Below, piece by piece: positions 1 through 14,112 of a stretch of 64,000 nt of DNA. The stretch lies in NCBI GenBank assembly GCA_044892525.1, contig CM097885.1:183272001-183336000 (forward strand), written 5' to 3'. The translations under genes were made by a program, and so were the position numbers. The DNA comes from Schmidtea polychroa. Taxonomy: Eukaryota. Every line of letters starts with the position of its first letter. Within the stretch, counting starts at the first letter, position 1. The notes below the pieces were generated by a model. It saw only the letters and a list, made by a program, of their open reading frames with translations, was not told the DNA's origin and made no database searches.

Positions 1-2749
1 AATAATTATTGTTGGAGCTTAAAAACTACTTTTCAAAATTCAACCAGATCTGAATAGCACTATCAGTAATTATTCTGTTTTTATTTTTAATTATGGTCGC
101 TATGTATATTTTGTAAGCCTATTTCCATATTAAATTAAATATTAAAAATTTTAAAAATTCGTTGTTATTAACTATATTTTATTTTCAGGATCTTGTTTTT
201 ATGTTATTTTTATTGTCATGAATGACACAAGTCCTTAACTCTATATTGGTATTATTATAAATCTAGTGGATCAGTAATCTTTTCCTGTCATCAAGCCAGG
301 GAACATTCGTGTATTCCTTGCTGTCGTGAAAAAGTTTCGATTCACCAGCAGATGGTCATACCGTAGTTCTCCTAGTGGAGATTGCGGGACAACCATTCTC
401 TGACATTTTTATTAAAATGACTGTGACTTTTCACAACTGAAAAACTAGCAATAAGAATCCTCACAATAACTGAGATATAGACTAGACAGTGCGGAACCAA
501 TATTTAACAGAATTTCCACACATTAGGAATTAATCATCTTGATTTCATAGTGATATTAAAATATGAACAATTATTATAACTATTAGTACAACTTATAACT
601 AGAAAGTTAAGAAAATTCGACTGAACTAGTTTTTGAATTTTATGTGAAATGTGCTCGGAAGTTAATTCCTGGTTTATTTTATTAAATATGATGTTAAGAT
701 CAACTCAAACTCCCAGTATTCATTATATCTAATCGACATAGAGACGAGAGCCCTAAAAATAAAATACATGAGTGATCGATAGCCCAGATTAGATTTATTA
801 GATTTATGAACTATTTAGAATAGCGCTAAATAGTTCAAAAAAAAGTGATTAAGAAATTGATTAATATAAATTGTTGATAAAGATCAGGATGGATATTTTA
901 CACCTGTATTAGCTAATAACTGCCCCACCCTCCAAATTAGACGGCGTTTCCACCCCATTATTATTATTAATATTATGATGATTATTAATATTACCGGGGA
1001 GTTGAACATAGACGAAATGTTTACAGAGGATGAAAATGACATTTTTGGGAGAGAATCCCAATGTGATTTCAAACATTTTAATCTAATTTTAATTTTTGTT
1101 AATGTAGTTTTTTCCTTTTCTCCACATGGTAATGTTTGAATTTAATAATGCTTAAATACTTGTAGTAATGTTTTATTAAACGATAATACAATTGTTTCAC
1201 GTATGTCTTAACTTTTATCAATATAACATTTTGTACGTTACAATATTTTTTGTAGCTTATTTAATGTCAGCAAGGTGAGACCAGATTGAACGGCTGTTCA
1301 TAAACCGTTGGCACTCGTGCAGATGGACAGCGGATGGCTTGACAGTTTGGCACATCATGAGTAGAAGAGTTAGTACAAATGACGAAATTGAGGTAGGATT
1401 ACCGTCTCAATATGGAAATGATAAGAACGATGGCTTGCAAGACTAAATGAGTTCGAGTACTGAGGCAGTAATGAAGTTTGCAAAATCAATCGCCGAGATA
1501 GGAAACCCAGATATTAGATCATCGAGAGGTGAACATACGAACCAATGAATCGAAAACTTCTACTAGTTAGGCAGTATGATTGATACAAGTAGGACTTTTA
1601 GTCGCAGGATGACGTCGAACCAGTGAACTCTTTCTGATACACCTTCTTGGAAAATCCACGACATATGGGATACATCGAATTAAAGGAGAACCGGAAATTT
1701 GCGTCGTTCACCAACTTTAGAGATAAATTCATTTTTTCCCGCGAATATAGTAATATCTAGAACGGAATAATACAGTTATCACAATAAACCGTTTGTTTAT
1801 GAGATAGCGTATCGCTGTAGACCTTGATTCGTATTAATTATATAAACAGAGCATGATGATAATGGAATTCGAATGTCATTCTCGAAACCGGAAGTAGCCC
1901 TTGTCCATTTCGGCATGAAATAAGCACGGATACCCTGCGTATAATCATTCATTATTCTCCATAAGGTAGGACGAGCGTAGATAATTTGCTAACATAAATA
2001 AATCTCGCGATGAAGATAAGTGTAGACGACAAAATCACCTAACATCAACATCCGCCAATAATAGAACCGATTAGGGTTGAAGCTAGTTGTTTACCAATGC
2101 GACCACGAATATTCCATGGAAGAGATGATAAAACTCTAATAACAGTTCACGATGGTAGTCAATTTAATCCAACCTAAACATCCATAAATGATAAAATCAA
2201 TTTATTTATTTGTTCAACGGGCTAAACGTACGATTTCGAACATTCAGTGTAAATTATGATCAACGACGGAAAATAGTTCACAAGATTTAATTAATTTAAC
2301 ATCCAAATTAAATTTAGTTTAAAAATTTCGATTTTGTTTATTTATTTATGCTAATGATTAGTAAAATGAAAATTATCTTTCCTCTGTCCTGCACCGATCA
2401 AGTTAGTTGCCCACTATCTAAATTGTGAGTTCCAGCACGACGACCTAGAGTAAAGACAAAGAAGGGGTTCGGAGTTCGAAGTTGAATGGCTTTTTCACCA
2501 ACAATTTCTTGTGTGGGGGTTTACAAAACCAATTATGTTAGGAGACCTATATCGACGGGGTCAGGAACAAACCATCAATGTTTTCATATTTATTTTCTTT
2601 TTGGTTTGCGACCAATGCAATTATCAGGGTGAATGAAATGACAGTTCGCATGATTTAGATGCGTGTTTGATGGGTACAAGGCGCTCATAGTCAATTCGTA
2701 ACTCTTTGTGGTTCACTGGAATCGTCTTGAAATGCTTTTACTTATAGAC

Positions 2750-3945
2750 ATGTCGGAACCCAACTGACCCCCGGACAAGAACGCAGAATTGAAACAACTT
2801 CACACCGAAATTGGGGGGGGGGGGCTAAAGAAACGCATAAATCAAAAGGAAGGTACGTGGTTCTTCCAGCCACAAATGAAAGAAGCCAATCGAAAGATCC
2901 TACGTTTAGAACATTGTAGGGATAGTCTGTTAGAGGAAAATCGGAGTCAGGGACTGACGATCAAGGCACACTCGGACACCCTTCACTGGATCTACTTAGA
3001 AGCCGAACTGTGGAAACAAGTTTCAACGTATCCGATCGTCGATCGTGACATCATTTTCCCCATCCACCATTTGCCCGATGGCCCAAACACTTCCAGCACA
3101 GCTATCTGCTCGAGCCACGGAGTCAAGCTCAGTCATTCACCGACCCCTGACGTTATCTTCATCGGTACCACTACGAATCAGGCCAAGACACCGAATCCTG
3201 TAATCTCTACGGCCGTTCCCGCGACCTCGTCGTCGGTCCCAAAAGGAATGTCTCACGCGAGCTAAAAGGACTAAGTGAAAACAAGACGAACTACCGGCGA
3301 TCAAGGCCAATCTATCCTCAGTTCAGTCGACCACCAAGCCTCGATCAGATCCAGCCCCAGTAATACCTAATCCACAATCGTACCATGACAATACCAACTC
3401 CTACCACTCCTTGGGAGATCGACACGCATTTAGAAATCGATATACGGACTCTATTGCAAGAGACCGAGGGTAGCGAGTTCTAATGGGCTGAAGTGTGTCA
3501 GTGAAGTAAGTAAATCCGCAACAATCCTTAGTCATAACTTGAACATTTATGCCAGTCTAGTTTATTCCGTATTATGATTATGTCGACGCGTTCGGTAGTT
3601 TTTTGTTGTTGTCAAACTATGAGTAGCGTGCCTATGTTCCTGTTGGACAGATGTAACTTTAGAATGCAGCATTCAATGTGTAGTTTTGATATCCTAAATT
3701 TGAAGCAATATAACTTAATGACTTATTTTGTTCTGTAGTGTGGATGAATAACGAATGATGATGTAGACCTGGAAAAGACGCAACGTAGGCTCAACCTCAT
3801 TGGACCAGGAGTAATAACCGCTTATCAGACGCAATACATGTGGGAGTAAGACCTTCTATCGGCATCCATGAACCTGTGTAGAGAACACCACGAGTAGTAG
3901 TTATAACATAGGGGCTCACCTGCTCATGGATTCCCGACCATCATG
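2750..3945 (+). mobile_element. Unclassified repeat family, copy 1: coiled-coil ORF remnant plus conserved downstream block
   Basis: EGTWF.PQMKEAN…LEHCRDSLLEENR motif; GTAAGACCTTCTATCGGCA block at 3846. Confidence 0.75.
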
Positions 3946-6634
3946 TACAGCACTGTAATGTACAATTTTATTCTTTTTTATTCCTAAACAAGGATACGGG
4001 ACGTCTGTCCATTTCGTTGGGCGTAAGTCGCGTTATAAAATTAAATAAGGAAACTATATAGCGATAATTCACTATGGTAAATTATCGATATACTAAAATT
4101 GAAAGATCGAAAAAAAATCGAATAAAAATTTTTTTTAATAGAAACTCATTCAATCATCTTCAATCTAATTATTATTCAGATTAACTGTGATAAATTTTCA
4201 ATACTATTCTTCCCAATCCCTATCTGAAGGAAATAGAAACTTATTCAGATTAACTGTGATAAATCACCAATCTATTCTTTCCCGACCCTTGCCAGAAATA
4301 ATTAGAAAATTGTCCTCGACATCTTCAAGGTTCATATAATTTTTTTTAATAAAAGTTGGAATCGTTTGTTAGTTTGTTTAACTAATATTATTTTAATATC
4401 ATATTTTTTGTCATTTGGTTGTCACAAAATTTTTACACACACGCACCCCGATTGTCCAGCCACATTTTTTAACGGTGACCCTATCGGGCTCTTCAAACTT
4501 CTTATCACACACCATCACACTTCATACAAATACCTAACTACATTCCTTATATAGTTCACTTGTCCTTCACTTGTCTTGCTCTACATAAATCTTTATATAT
4601 AGGTTTTCCAATAGGCTATTTCCAATCATATTTCTTAAGTTACCTCACACGCTGGTTACGCGAGGCTGCAGGTGGCGAGGTAATTTCCCATGAAAGTCTC
4701 ATATCCTGAAGTTTGAGATCTGAGTTCTTCAAGGCTTTTAACTAACATTTATTATTAATTCATGTATATATAATTATATATTTATTTATTCATATTTTTA
4801 TTTATTTGAGTAGCTCCCTATAGGGTTCTTACTACAAACGTATTTGTATTGAAATTTTTATTATACTATATAATATTATATTTTATTGAATTTCCGATTT
4901 AAATTTTCCAAACTATATTAGCTGCTTATGAATTAATCAATTATTGATTTTGTTGACTTTAACGATTTGGTTTTAATTATTTTATTAAGCTTACATTTAT
5001 TATTTATTTATTACTTTACTAAAATTTTCAGGGTACACAAAACAAAATAATTGAGGATACTAGATTTTATTTATTTATCACAATTTTTATTCTTTTATTG
5101 TTGTTTCCTTTGTATACAGCCACTATTTTTTCGAGCTGGAATTCCTTCCCGCCAAATGAAGACTCAGTAACAAACAAATCGGAACTAATAATTTTCAAAA
5201 ATAATCCCAGAAGATGAAGTAGAATTATAATCTATTCAAGATTCGACTAATCCGAACTTTATTGGTGAACTTTATATTAACAATTGATTAATTAATTTTG
5301 TATTTATTTTGTTGATGGACAATTGATTAATTTTATTTTGATGTTATATTTTTTTGTTTTAATATTAAATTTAGAAATACTACAATATATTATTAATAAC
5401 TTTACAATTAATTAATTCACGCCCTCTAGGGCCTAATTAAATTATAGAAAAATATTATTTCTATTATTGATATACATCACTTAAAAAAAACAAATTATGA
5501 TTGACTGTAATCATCACCTACAGGTCTTGTGTACAAAGTTCCTGTTTGTTTTTTAATTTTGTTCGACAAAAGGAATATTTATTATTGGAAGTAAAAATAA
5601 ACTGCTATCAAAATCAATAATAATAATAATAATAATAACAATAATAATGATAATAATTATAATAAACTCAGATAAAAATTTATATACATATACATAGACG
5701 GTTTATATAATGGCGGTTGGTGTGTACATCAATTATTGGTGACTCACCATTAATCAAAATAATGAATTTCATTTTTGAGATATTTTATTTTAGCCATTTT
5801 AAAAAATGGCTTTCAAATAAGTTTTAGCATTTTAATTAATTTTCAAGGATTGAATTTTGATTTTATATAGACATTCAAGTTTTTAAATATTACTTTTATT
5901 CAGCATTTATAATATAATTTATTTGTAATTACTTTTCGGCTTTTATTAGGATTTTAGACATAAAATTTATTTTGGAATTATTTCAATTTAATGATAGTTA
6001 GATAAATTTTGAATTATAATTAATTAAATTAAGTAATCGGCAAAAAGATTTAATTTTCCAAAACATTCCGGGAAAATTTGCCAAATATGAATAATGTAAT
6101 TTTTCAGATTTTTGTAAACTTTTTTTTCTCAGCTCAATATCAAGGGTGTTAGGCAAAAACTCAAAAAAATCAATAAATTATTATATTTCAACGAAAAAAA
6201 ACCACCAGGAAAAATGCAAATTAGAAAAGAAAGTTGTTTACGAAAAACAAATATTTTTGACAATTGAGGACTCTTGCCACTTAAAGTTTTAGTAAATAAA
6301 CCACGTTTCCTTCAGTCAAACAACCCATAAATCATATTTTCTGAATAGTTGAAAATTCAGTAATTGATATTTCAACATAATTTCTAGCATACATAAACAT
6401 ATCCAAACTAAGGCTCTTACATATCAACACATAAATATTATAAATACGCATAACTAATAAGCATACATATCAACATATATCACTCTTATATTTACTAAAA
6501 TTTCTACATTGCAAGTTAATTTAATTATCTGATAACTTTCCTATTAGAAAGACATTAAAAAATTATTTTATAAAGTAACATGATAACAGATTAAATTATT
6601 GCGAACTATTTTACTGCTAATAATATATATTTAC

Positions 6635-6866
6635 CGGCATGTTCTGATTTTTTCTTTTTAACGGCATCACTTATAAGAATTGTTAAATCGTCATCACTTT
6701 TTCCAGATCTCATAGCATCTCTTAAACTTATTTCACTGATACCATGTAAGCAAACTTTCAAGTTCCCGTCCGCAGTTATGCGTAATCTGTTGCATGTTTT
6801 GCAAAAGTTCATCGTATTACTGGTTATAAATCCGACACGACCTAGCCAATTTGATACTTGATACAT
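6635..6866 (-). CDS. MOCS1: MOCS1A exon 7 (…GFIT…FCKTCNRLRITADGNLKVCL…KKKSEHA)
   Basis: C-terminal Fe-S motif CX2CX13C; ends at G|GTAAAT donor (phase 1); the terminal NRPMILIGG-type exon was not located. Confidence 0.95.
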
Positions 6867-6912
6867 CTAATTGACATATTATATTATAATTTTATATAGT
6901 GTTAGTTATTAC

Positions 6913-7065
6913 CTTAGAGGTGCTATTCATGTCATTTTGTTCTGGTTTTAATTCTATATTTGCATCTTCTATTCGAGAGAGCATTTCAGCGTAAGATACC
7001 ATTTTTTTCAAATCCCATTTATTTCCGCCAAAAGGCATATATTCAATAAACCGAATATCAATTGG
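6913..7065 (-). CDS. MOCS1: MOCS1A exon 6 (PIDIRFIEYMPFGGNKW…NSTSK)
   Basis: RFIEYMPF.GNKW motif; 153 nt, phase 0/0, AG/GT; followed by a 46-nt intron. Confidence 0.95.
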
Positions 7066-8833
7066 CTACATATTGTAGAGTGTAAACAAGTAAAAGAATA
7101 AACGGATAATATCTAATTTAATTTATAATAACCCAAGACCAATTATTAGTTTATTATTAACTTTTTTTGAAATTTTAATACTTTGTCTCTAATATTTATT
7201 AAATAATTTCTATTTTATTATGTGCTTGAGTCAAAAACTTTATAGTGTAATTGTTCTATTTTTAATAGAAATACAAATAGAATTTCTTTAATCATTTATA
7301 TAATAATGATCGCATTTAGACTAATGTAATTTTTTGAAAATATATGGAAATTTTATTTTAATTAATAAAAAATAAAAGTTCATTTTTTAAACAATTTTTG
7401 GCGTTTGTTCAGAATTTCGCTGACGTATTAATTGAAGTTTATTCGTAACGATATGCGAAAGTTGATTTATTAGAATTGGAAGAGTGGCCTGTCAACTTCT
7501 GAAATGATAAGTGAAATAAACAACACTCTTAGCAACAATACTCAAAGAATGTGGATTTGGAATTTCAACAATTTCGCTTTGGACCATTTGGAACGGTCAG
7601 ATCACCTTTTATTTATTATCGATGGGAATATAGTGTTTGGTTGCATACACGCAAGTCCATACCTATAAAAATCGCTGTCGAAATTAACCACAGAAGACCG
7701 TATAGAGACACATGGAGAAACGGAACCTGAAAAATGTCCGGGTAAACACAGGGATGCCGAAAAATTTAATTGAAACTGATTTGTTAACGGATGCTTCAAA
7801 TGTACCGGCAGAATAGCTTTTTGAGTTAGTTTATGATTTGCGATGAAATTTCTGAATATTGGAGAAACTCGAGAATTCCAAAATTCGTTCTTAAAAATAT
7901 AATTTCTAATTCCGAAATATTCATATCGAACTCCAAATTATTAATTTTTATTTTTTCGTGTTAATGTATTTTCGTTATTATGTTTACATTTATTCAGCAG
8001 TTATACTAATACTATGTAATAAATATGTAATCAATGTTTTCTATTTAACTATCAATATTTTTGAACTAAGTAAGTTATTTGAAAATTATTATTTTAATAT
8101 TTTTTTGTTTAATATTGTTGGGTTAAGAAAAATCTGCTGTTTTTTTCATTGTTTAAATTTTCTTGTTGAGATAAGTTTTGTTTTAATTAATAAAACCGAT
8201 AGGGATTAAAAGGTCGGCTGAGAGTGATAACATAGCAAATAAAAAGCACAAAATAAAATAAACTAATAATAAAACATCAAATAAAACAAAATAAAAACAT
8301 AACATATGAGAAATTAAATAAAAACAAAAGTAATAAAATGAAAAACCGCAAGAAGAAACATACGATAAGAGCATTAAAACAAAATAATAGAGTAAAAGAA
8401 ACAAAATGTAGAAAAAAGCCTCAAACAAAGATGGCGGACGAACGCGATTAACCAGGCGATCATGATTCGAAATTAAAAATATAATAACAATTAAAATTAG
8501 TTAATTAAAAGTAATACCAATAATAGTTCAGTAAGAATTCAGTGAAATGCTAAGTAGAGTCTCCTGAGTCTAAACGCTGACATTTTTATGAAAAAGGTTA
8601 GAGATAGGATGCAGTGTCAGTATTATGAGAAATTATTTTGTGTTTCGATAATAGTGAAAATGATACGAGTAAATCAAAGAGTGATGACGAGTTTCGACGA
8701 GAAGAGTGTATGAGGTAAGGCAGTTGAGATGGCCAACTATAGAGGCATGCTAGTATGAGCATCAATAAATTCGATAATCAATGATGATAATCTTTTGATG
8801 ACAACACGAGAAGTCAGCCTGATTCTTATGTAT

Positions 8834-9550
8834 TGTTAGGGATAGGCCCTTGGCCTTNNNNNNNNNNNNNNNNNNNNNNNNNNNNNNNNNNNNNNNNNNN
8901 NNNNNNNNNNNNNNNNNNNNNNNNNNNNNNNNNNNNNNNNNNNNNNNNNNNNNNNNNNNNNNNNNNNNNNNNNNNNNNNNNNNNNNNNNNNNNNNNNNNN
9001 NNNNNNNNNNNNNNNNNNNNNNNNNNNNNNNNNATGTAGTCTATTTTTGGTAATTATAGATGTAGCAGATACTATAAATAGTACTTATATTATTACTATT
9101 AATATATTTAATACATATAATTTTATATAAATACGGGTTCAAAATTAGAACCAAGGACGCAAAATTTAGAACGACAAAAAGAGTAGGACGAAAATATAAT
9201 AAAACAAAACGTGATTTATTAAAAAGTACAAAGTACTCGTGATTTGGGAAAACCAGAAAAACAAAATCAATCAATTGGGAAGACAGCTGTCAGGAAATTA
9301 TATTTATAAAGAGAAAGGGGAAAATTAATATTGGCAAAACAGCTGTTGGATTGACACGAGTTGATCAAAATATAAATAGTAAAACAATATCGAGGGAAAG
9401 AAGAAGAAAAATTCAGAAGCTATTCAAACTAAATAAAATCCAGGAGAAAATTTAGAAATATTTGTGGAGATCGCTGAACACGAAAATTGCTAAATTTTTC
9501 AAGGTAAAATGTATTTATTTTGGCGCCGTAACAAAAGCGTGCAAAGATAG
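8834..9550 (+). mobile_element. LTR-like segment starting TGTTAGGG, broken by an assembly gap; similar TGTTGGG starts with A-rich bodies at 16191 and 63583
   Basis: TGTT(A/G)GGG start followed by strongly A-rich sequence, as at 22269 and 31154. Confidence 0.4.
8858..9033. other. Assembly gap (N run)
   Basis: Ns. Confidence 1.
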
Positions 9551-9994
9551 AAATAACTTTCATTTGCAAGCCTAGTATGTTAATGTATTTTAATATTAAT
9601 AATTAACCAAACATAAAGGTGTTAGTTGTTGGCTTAAAATAGTTTGTCTCCACTTGTGTACGTGTATCCAGAAAAAAAAATTAATTATGGGATGGTATTA
9701 ATTTTGAAAAACCTATATTGATTCTTTTGTTTTGAAACAGAATAACATTTTAAATCATGTTCAAGTTAATTTAAATTAACTTTAATACAACTATTTATTT
9801 TTGTGGTAGGTCGGCAGAGTTTATATTCGAATTATATTTGAATGGGAAAACTAAATACAAACAAGAGATTACGAAGACAACATCTGTACAAAAAAGATAA
9901 GAATATGGATGCTAACAAGTTATTGAACTGTCGTTTGAATTTTAATCAATAGAGCGTATAATTTAGTATATAAAAATTAATTTAAAAAAAATTA

Positions 9995-11430
9995 AAAAAA
10001 CAAGGATAATCTTTTGTATAATGGATATAGGCTACGCAGAGACAGGGTCATGGCTGATGGAAGTACATCGTGGAGATGTTCACGGAAAGATTGTTTTGGG
10101 TGTGTGAAAGTAAGTCAACAGGATATTGTTGTTGTTGTCTCTGAACACAATCATGGGCCAGATCCCGATCGAAATGAAGCGGTCAAGGTCGTAGCAGAAA
10201 TTCGTCGACGAGTCGTGACGACCGTGGAGAAACCTCGACAGATCATTCAACAAACTGCAGCTGCAGTTCCTTTGGAGGTAGCCAGCCATCTTCCAGAATA
10301 TACAGCTTCTCGACGTACGATTCAACGACAGCGAAAACGACACGCTGTGCCTTATGGTCCAGTAAATTCACTCGTTGACATAGTCATTCCAGATTCTCTG
10401 AAACAAACAACAAGGAACGAAGATTTCTTGCTTTGGGATTCCGGTGACGACGACGAGAAAAGAATTCTGATGTTTGGCACTTTGGGGAATCTTGAACTTC
10501 TTCAACAGCATCATCACTGGTTCATTGATGAGACATTCAAAGTAGCGCCGACCATCTTCTACCAAGTATTTACAATTCACGCACTGATCGGTGCTTCTGC
10601 GACACCTCTTATCTATGTCTTGCTGCCAGACAAATCTGAAAACGACTACGTGAGAGTCTTGCGCAAGCTGAAGGAATTGAAACCAACGCTGAATCCGATC
10701 AGCATTATGTCGGACTTTGAGAAGGCCAGCCAGAATGCATGCTCAGTCTTCTTCCCTGGAGCACAGTTGGTTGTATGTCTATTCCATCTTGGACAGAATC
10801 TGTGGCGCAAAGTTCAACAGCTTAATCTCGCAATTGCTTATCGTGATGACGAGTATCTCCGTATGCACGTATAAATGGCGCTGGCGCTTAGCTTCGTCCC
10901 TGTAGCTAATGTTCCTTCTGCATTTGAGGATTTGGTGGATGATTTTCCACCTTTGATGGTTCCATTGACAGAATACTGGGAGGACACGTACATTGGGAGA
11001 CAAAGAAGGGGCCGACGCGCAAATCCAAGATTTGCTTTGCATATGTGGAATATTCGAGACCGTGTAATCGATAACCTTCCTCGCACAAACAACTCAGTAG
11101 AAGCTTTCCAACAGACTGTCGATTGCCATCATCCCTCCGTCTACAAACTGGTTGAGTACTTCCGTCAAGAACAAGATCACTACGAATTGAAGATCGAAAG
11201 GTTTCGTGCAGGAATCAGACAACCAGAGGCATCCAAGTCCAACTACGTGCGCCTAAATCGACGCCTGCAGGCTTTGGTGCCAACGTATGGAACAGTTCCA
11301 GTTAGAGATTATTGAGAGGAATAGCATATAACTTGAAAATATAAAATGACAGTTTTTTTTCTTATTATTTTAGTTTAAGTTTTTTAATTTGTTCTGGCGA
11401 TTTTGTCCTGCGCGCTTTTGTCGGGTTACC
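9995..11430 (+). mobile_element. MULE (Mutator-like) transposon with FLYWCH-type finger; one premature stop; left end missing
   Basis: WRC…C…HNH, WFIDETFK, MSDFE, CLFH and RTNNSVE motifs; in-frame TAA at 10872-10874; GC-rich terminal-like sequence ending …TCGGGTTACC at 11430 with no matching left copy. Confidence 0.88.
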
Positions 11431-13912
11431 ATTTATTTTGTGAAGGATATTATTATTATCCTTATAAATTAAGCGAATACAAAGTATTGGTGACTTACTT
11501 TCGTATTCTCTGGGTGCCCCAAAATCATCCCTCTTGCTTTACTTTCTTTTGGGTTTTGATTTGCGATCGTTGTGCTACACAAGAGCCATCGATCTCTTGC
11601 AGACTGTGGCAAACAGCAGGGATTAGTAAATCCGTATCTTATATTCTTTAGTCACATATTTTGTAAAATATAATTGTTGTAAATGATTATCAAAAGTTTT
11701 ATAAAAGGAAAAAGTTGTCTTTTGTTTTATTTAAAATACGCACAACCACAATAAATATTTATATTTATATTCTTATTAGTTATTATTTATTAATTGGAGT
11801 CTAGTGTTAAGATTAGTAACCTCATCTTTTCGATCTTAACAGTATTGTCAAAATTTAAAATGAAAATGATCAATATTATTATATTTCAATTACATATGAA
11901 ATAATGAATAAATCGAGAATTCTTTTAAAGTGTTAAAATCATAAAAATTATTCCTCATTATAGGCATCATAATAATCTTTAGGTAGGTTGGAGACGAACC
12001 GCCAGGTCGATAAGGATCGCCGGATAACAAGAGCAGAAATCATGAAACAATAAATATCGAAAATCTCGAATTTCAGTTCACAGGTCGATTTAGTCCAACG
12101 TTCCGCAGGAACAATCGATCCATAGTTATAAGATAACGTCGCAGCCGACAACATTAGGAATTCTGAGGAGCCAGTAGTAAAATTCCGAGTCCAACTAACA
12201 TACCATTTTCCGCAAACTTTCCGTAACAAGTTAGACATAAAATCAGAATTTTTCATTAGTTTCAATTTGTAGACCTATGTTAGATGATGAGGGCAGACCC
12301 ATCACTACATTCATCTTAGATAAATATTACAGAACAGGGCCAAAAAAGTACAGGGTCAATGTGTGCGCCGAGGAACGTAAATAAATAAAAATTCTCTCTC
12401 TAACAGCTCAACAATCCAACTTTCCAAATAAGAACAATAACTTTCAACATTTTCTGTGTTGTATATAATTTTAATTTGAACTTTATTAAATTTTATTTTT
12501 ATTGACATTTATTTATATCCGTATGACTTTCATCGACATTCATTTATATTGAATTGTATATAATTTTAATTTTATCGAATTTGTATTTTGTTGTGAATTT
12601 TATTTTATTTATGTACACTTATAATTTGAAAATACAGAAAAAATAAATGGTATTTAAGAAGAAATTATTTTTATGAACATAAATAAAAAATAACGGGTAT
12701 TTAAATTTATTAAAATTTTTTTTTAAGTAACATTAAATAATCTTTAAGTTCAACAATTTCCAAGTTTAATGGAGTTAAATAAATTAATTCAAATTTTGAT
12801 ACGCTAGTCTAGAATAAATTAATTAATTTGTATACCTTTCAAATATGATAGTCTCAAGAATAAAATAAATAAAATTAATTAATACATAAAAATTCAGAAT
12901 ATAAGCAACCCGCTAAATTAGTTTAATCGCCAAAAATTAGCGTTCTTGACTATTCGAAGGGTAATCCGGAGAATAACTCAACACCTACATCAATCACATA
13001 ACCCGCGCCTATAAAATAGATGCTAAATTTTTGGCCTACTAAAATCAGCACGAGGTTCCATCCATAAAAATAAAAATCGATGACCTACAACAATTGCGAC
13101 GGATGAGTAGTTAGTACCTAATTTCAGTTACAACATAATTCAAAGGTTAAATGTCAATATGATAATAGGTAAGGAAATTATACGTCTGAGAAATCTTCAA
13201 CATGATTTCACGAGGAAATTTTTCAATGAAATAATAACTATGGTACTGATAACTGGAGCAAACTTTGAGGACTTAGTTTACCATGCGAATTCTTAATAAA
13301 TGAACGACCCGAATAAGTATTAACTAGGAAACTTAAACTAATCAATAAATGTAAATAAAGTAATAATCTATAATTATAGGAATATCCTTGTTGGATGATG
13401 AGGGTAGGCCACCACATTCATCCTCAATAAATGCTACAGAACGGGGCCCAGAAAATATAGAATGAATGTATGTACCGAGGAAAGGCGATAGATTCAATCA
13501 ATCCAATACAATCCAGATAATATCCCTTGTGTATCATTTTAATCAACATTGACTATATCATATTTTGTGACTATCCTTTAAGACAATTGAATATCATTGT
13601 CCCTTAACTGTTTATGTGTATATTGTATTGATTAATTTTTACTCTTTAACGGTATTCTGTGTGTATTGTACTAGTTAACTTTCATTGATTACCCTTTGTG
13701 TAGACATGATTTTTGTAAATTTTTTATTAATTATATTTTATTACACACTTAACGTTATAATAAAAAGGGGATTAAATAAATAAAACGAATTATTTATTAA
13801 TATTAATTATTACAAAGTTCAAAATAAATCTGTATTATTAAAAATACAATGAATATTATATAAAAATATATCTAATTATTACAGATTAAAATATATTAAA
13901 AAAACACGTTTC

Positions 13913-14112
13913 NNNNNNNNNNNNNNNNNNNNNNNNNNNNNNNNNNNNNNNNNNNNNNNNNNNNNNNNNNNNNNNNNNNNNNNNNNNNNNNNNNNNNNNN
14001 NNNNNNNNNNNNNNNNNNNNNNNNNNNNNNNNNNNNNNNNNNNNNNNNNNNNNNNNNNNNNNNNNNNNNNNNNNNNNNNNNNNNNNNNNNNNNNNNNNNN
14101 NNNNNNNNNNNN
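13913..14112. other. Assembly gap (N run)
   Basis: Ns. Confidence 1.

Noticed and set aside
884-1072. Short ORFs in a locally GC-richer patch
   Set aside because: No recognisable motif or convincing exon structure; it could be an exon of a gene outside the window but cannot be supported.
1270-2160. GC-richer stretch upstream of coiled-coil copy 1 (similar to about 15930-16140)
   Set aside because: Probably decayed TE coding sequence, but the frames I checked have stops and no identifiable domain.
5725-5800. Minus-strand SKMKFIILING followed by GTGAGT, superficially like the MOCS1A terminal exon
   Set aside because: Lacks the conserved NRP, and the only nearby acceptor gives an in-frame stop; probably coincidence.
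7400-8428. ORFs 7602-7799, 7958-8209 and 8183-8428
   Set aside because: No motif; the latter two derive from AT-rich, low-complexity LTR or leader-like sequence.
8833-9053. ORFs spanning N runs (also 13879-14135 and 22733-22954)
   Set aside because: Artefacts of assembly gaps.
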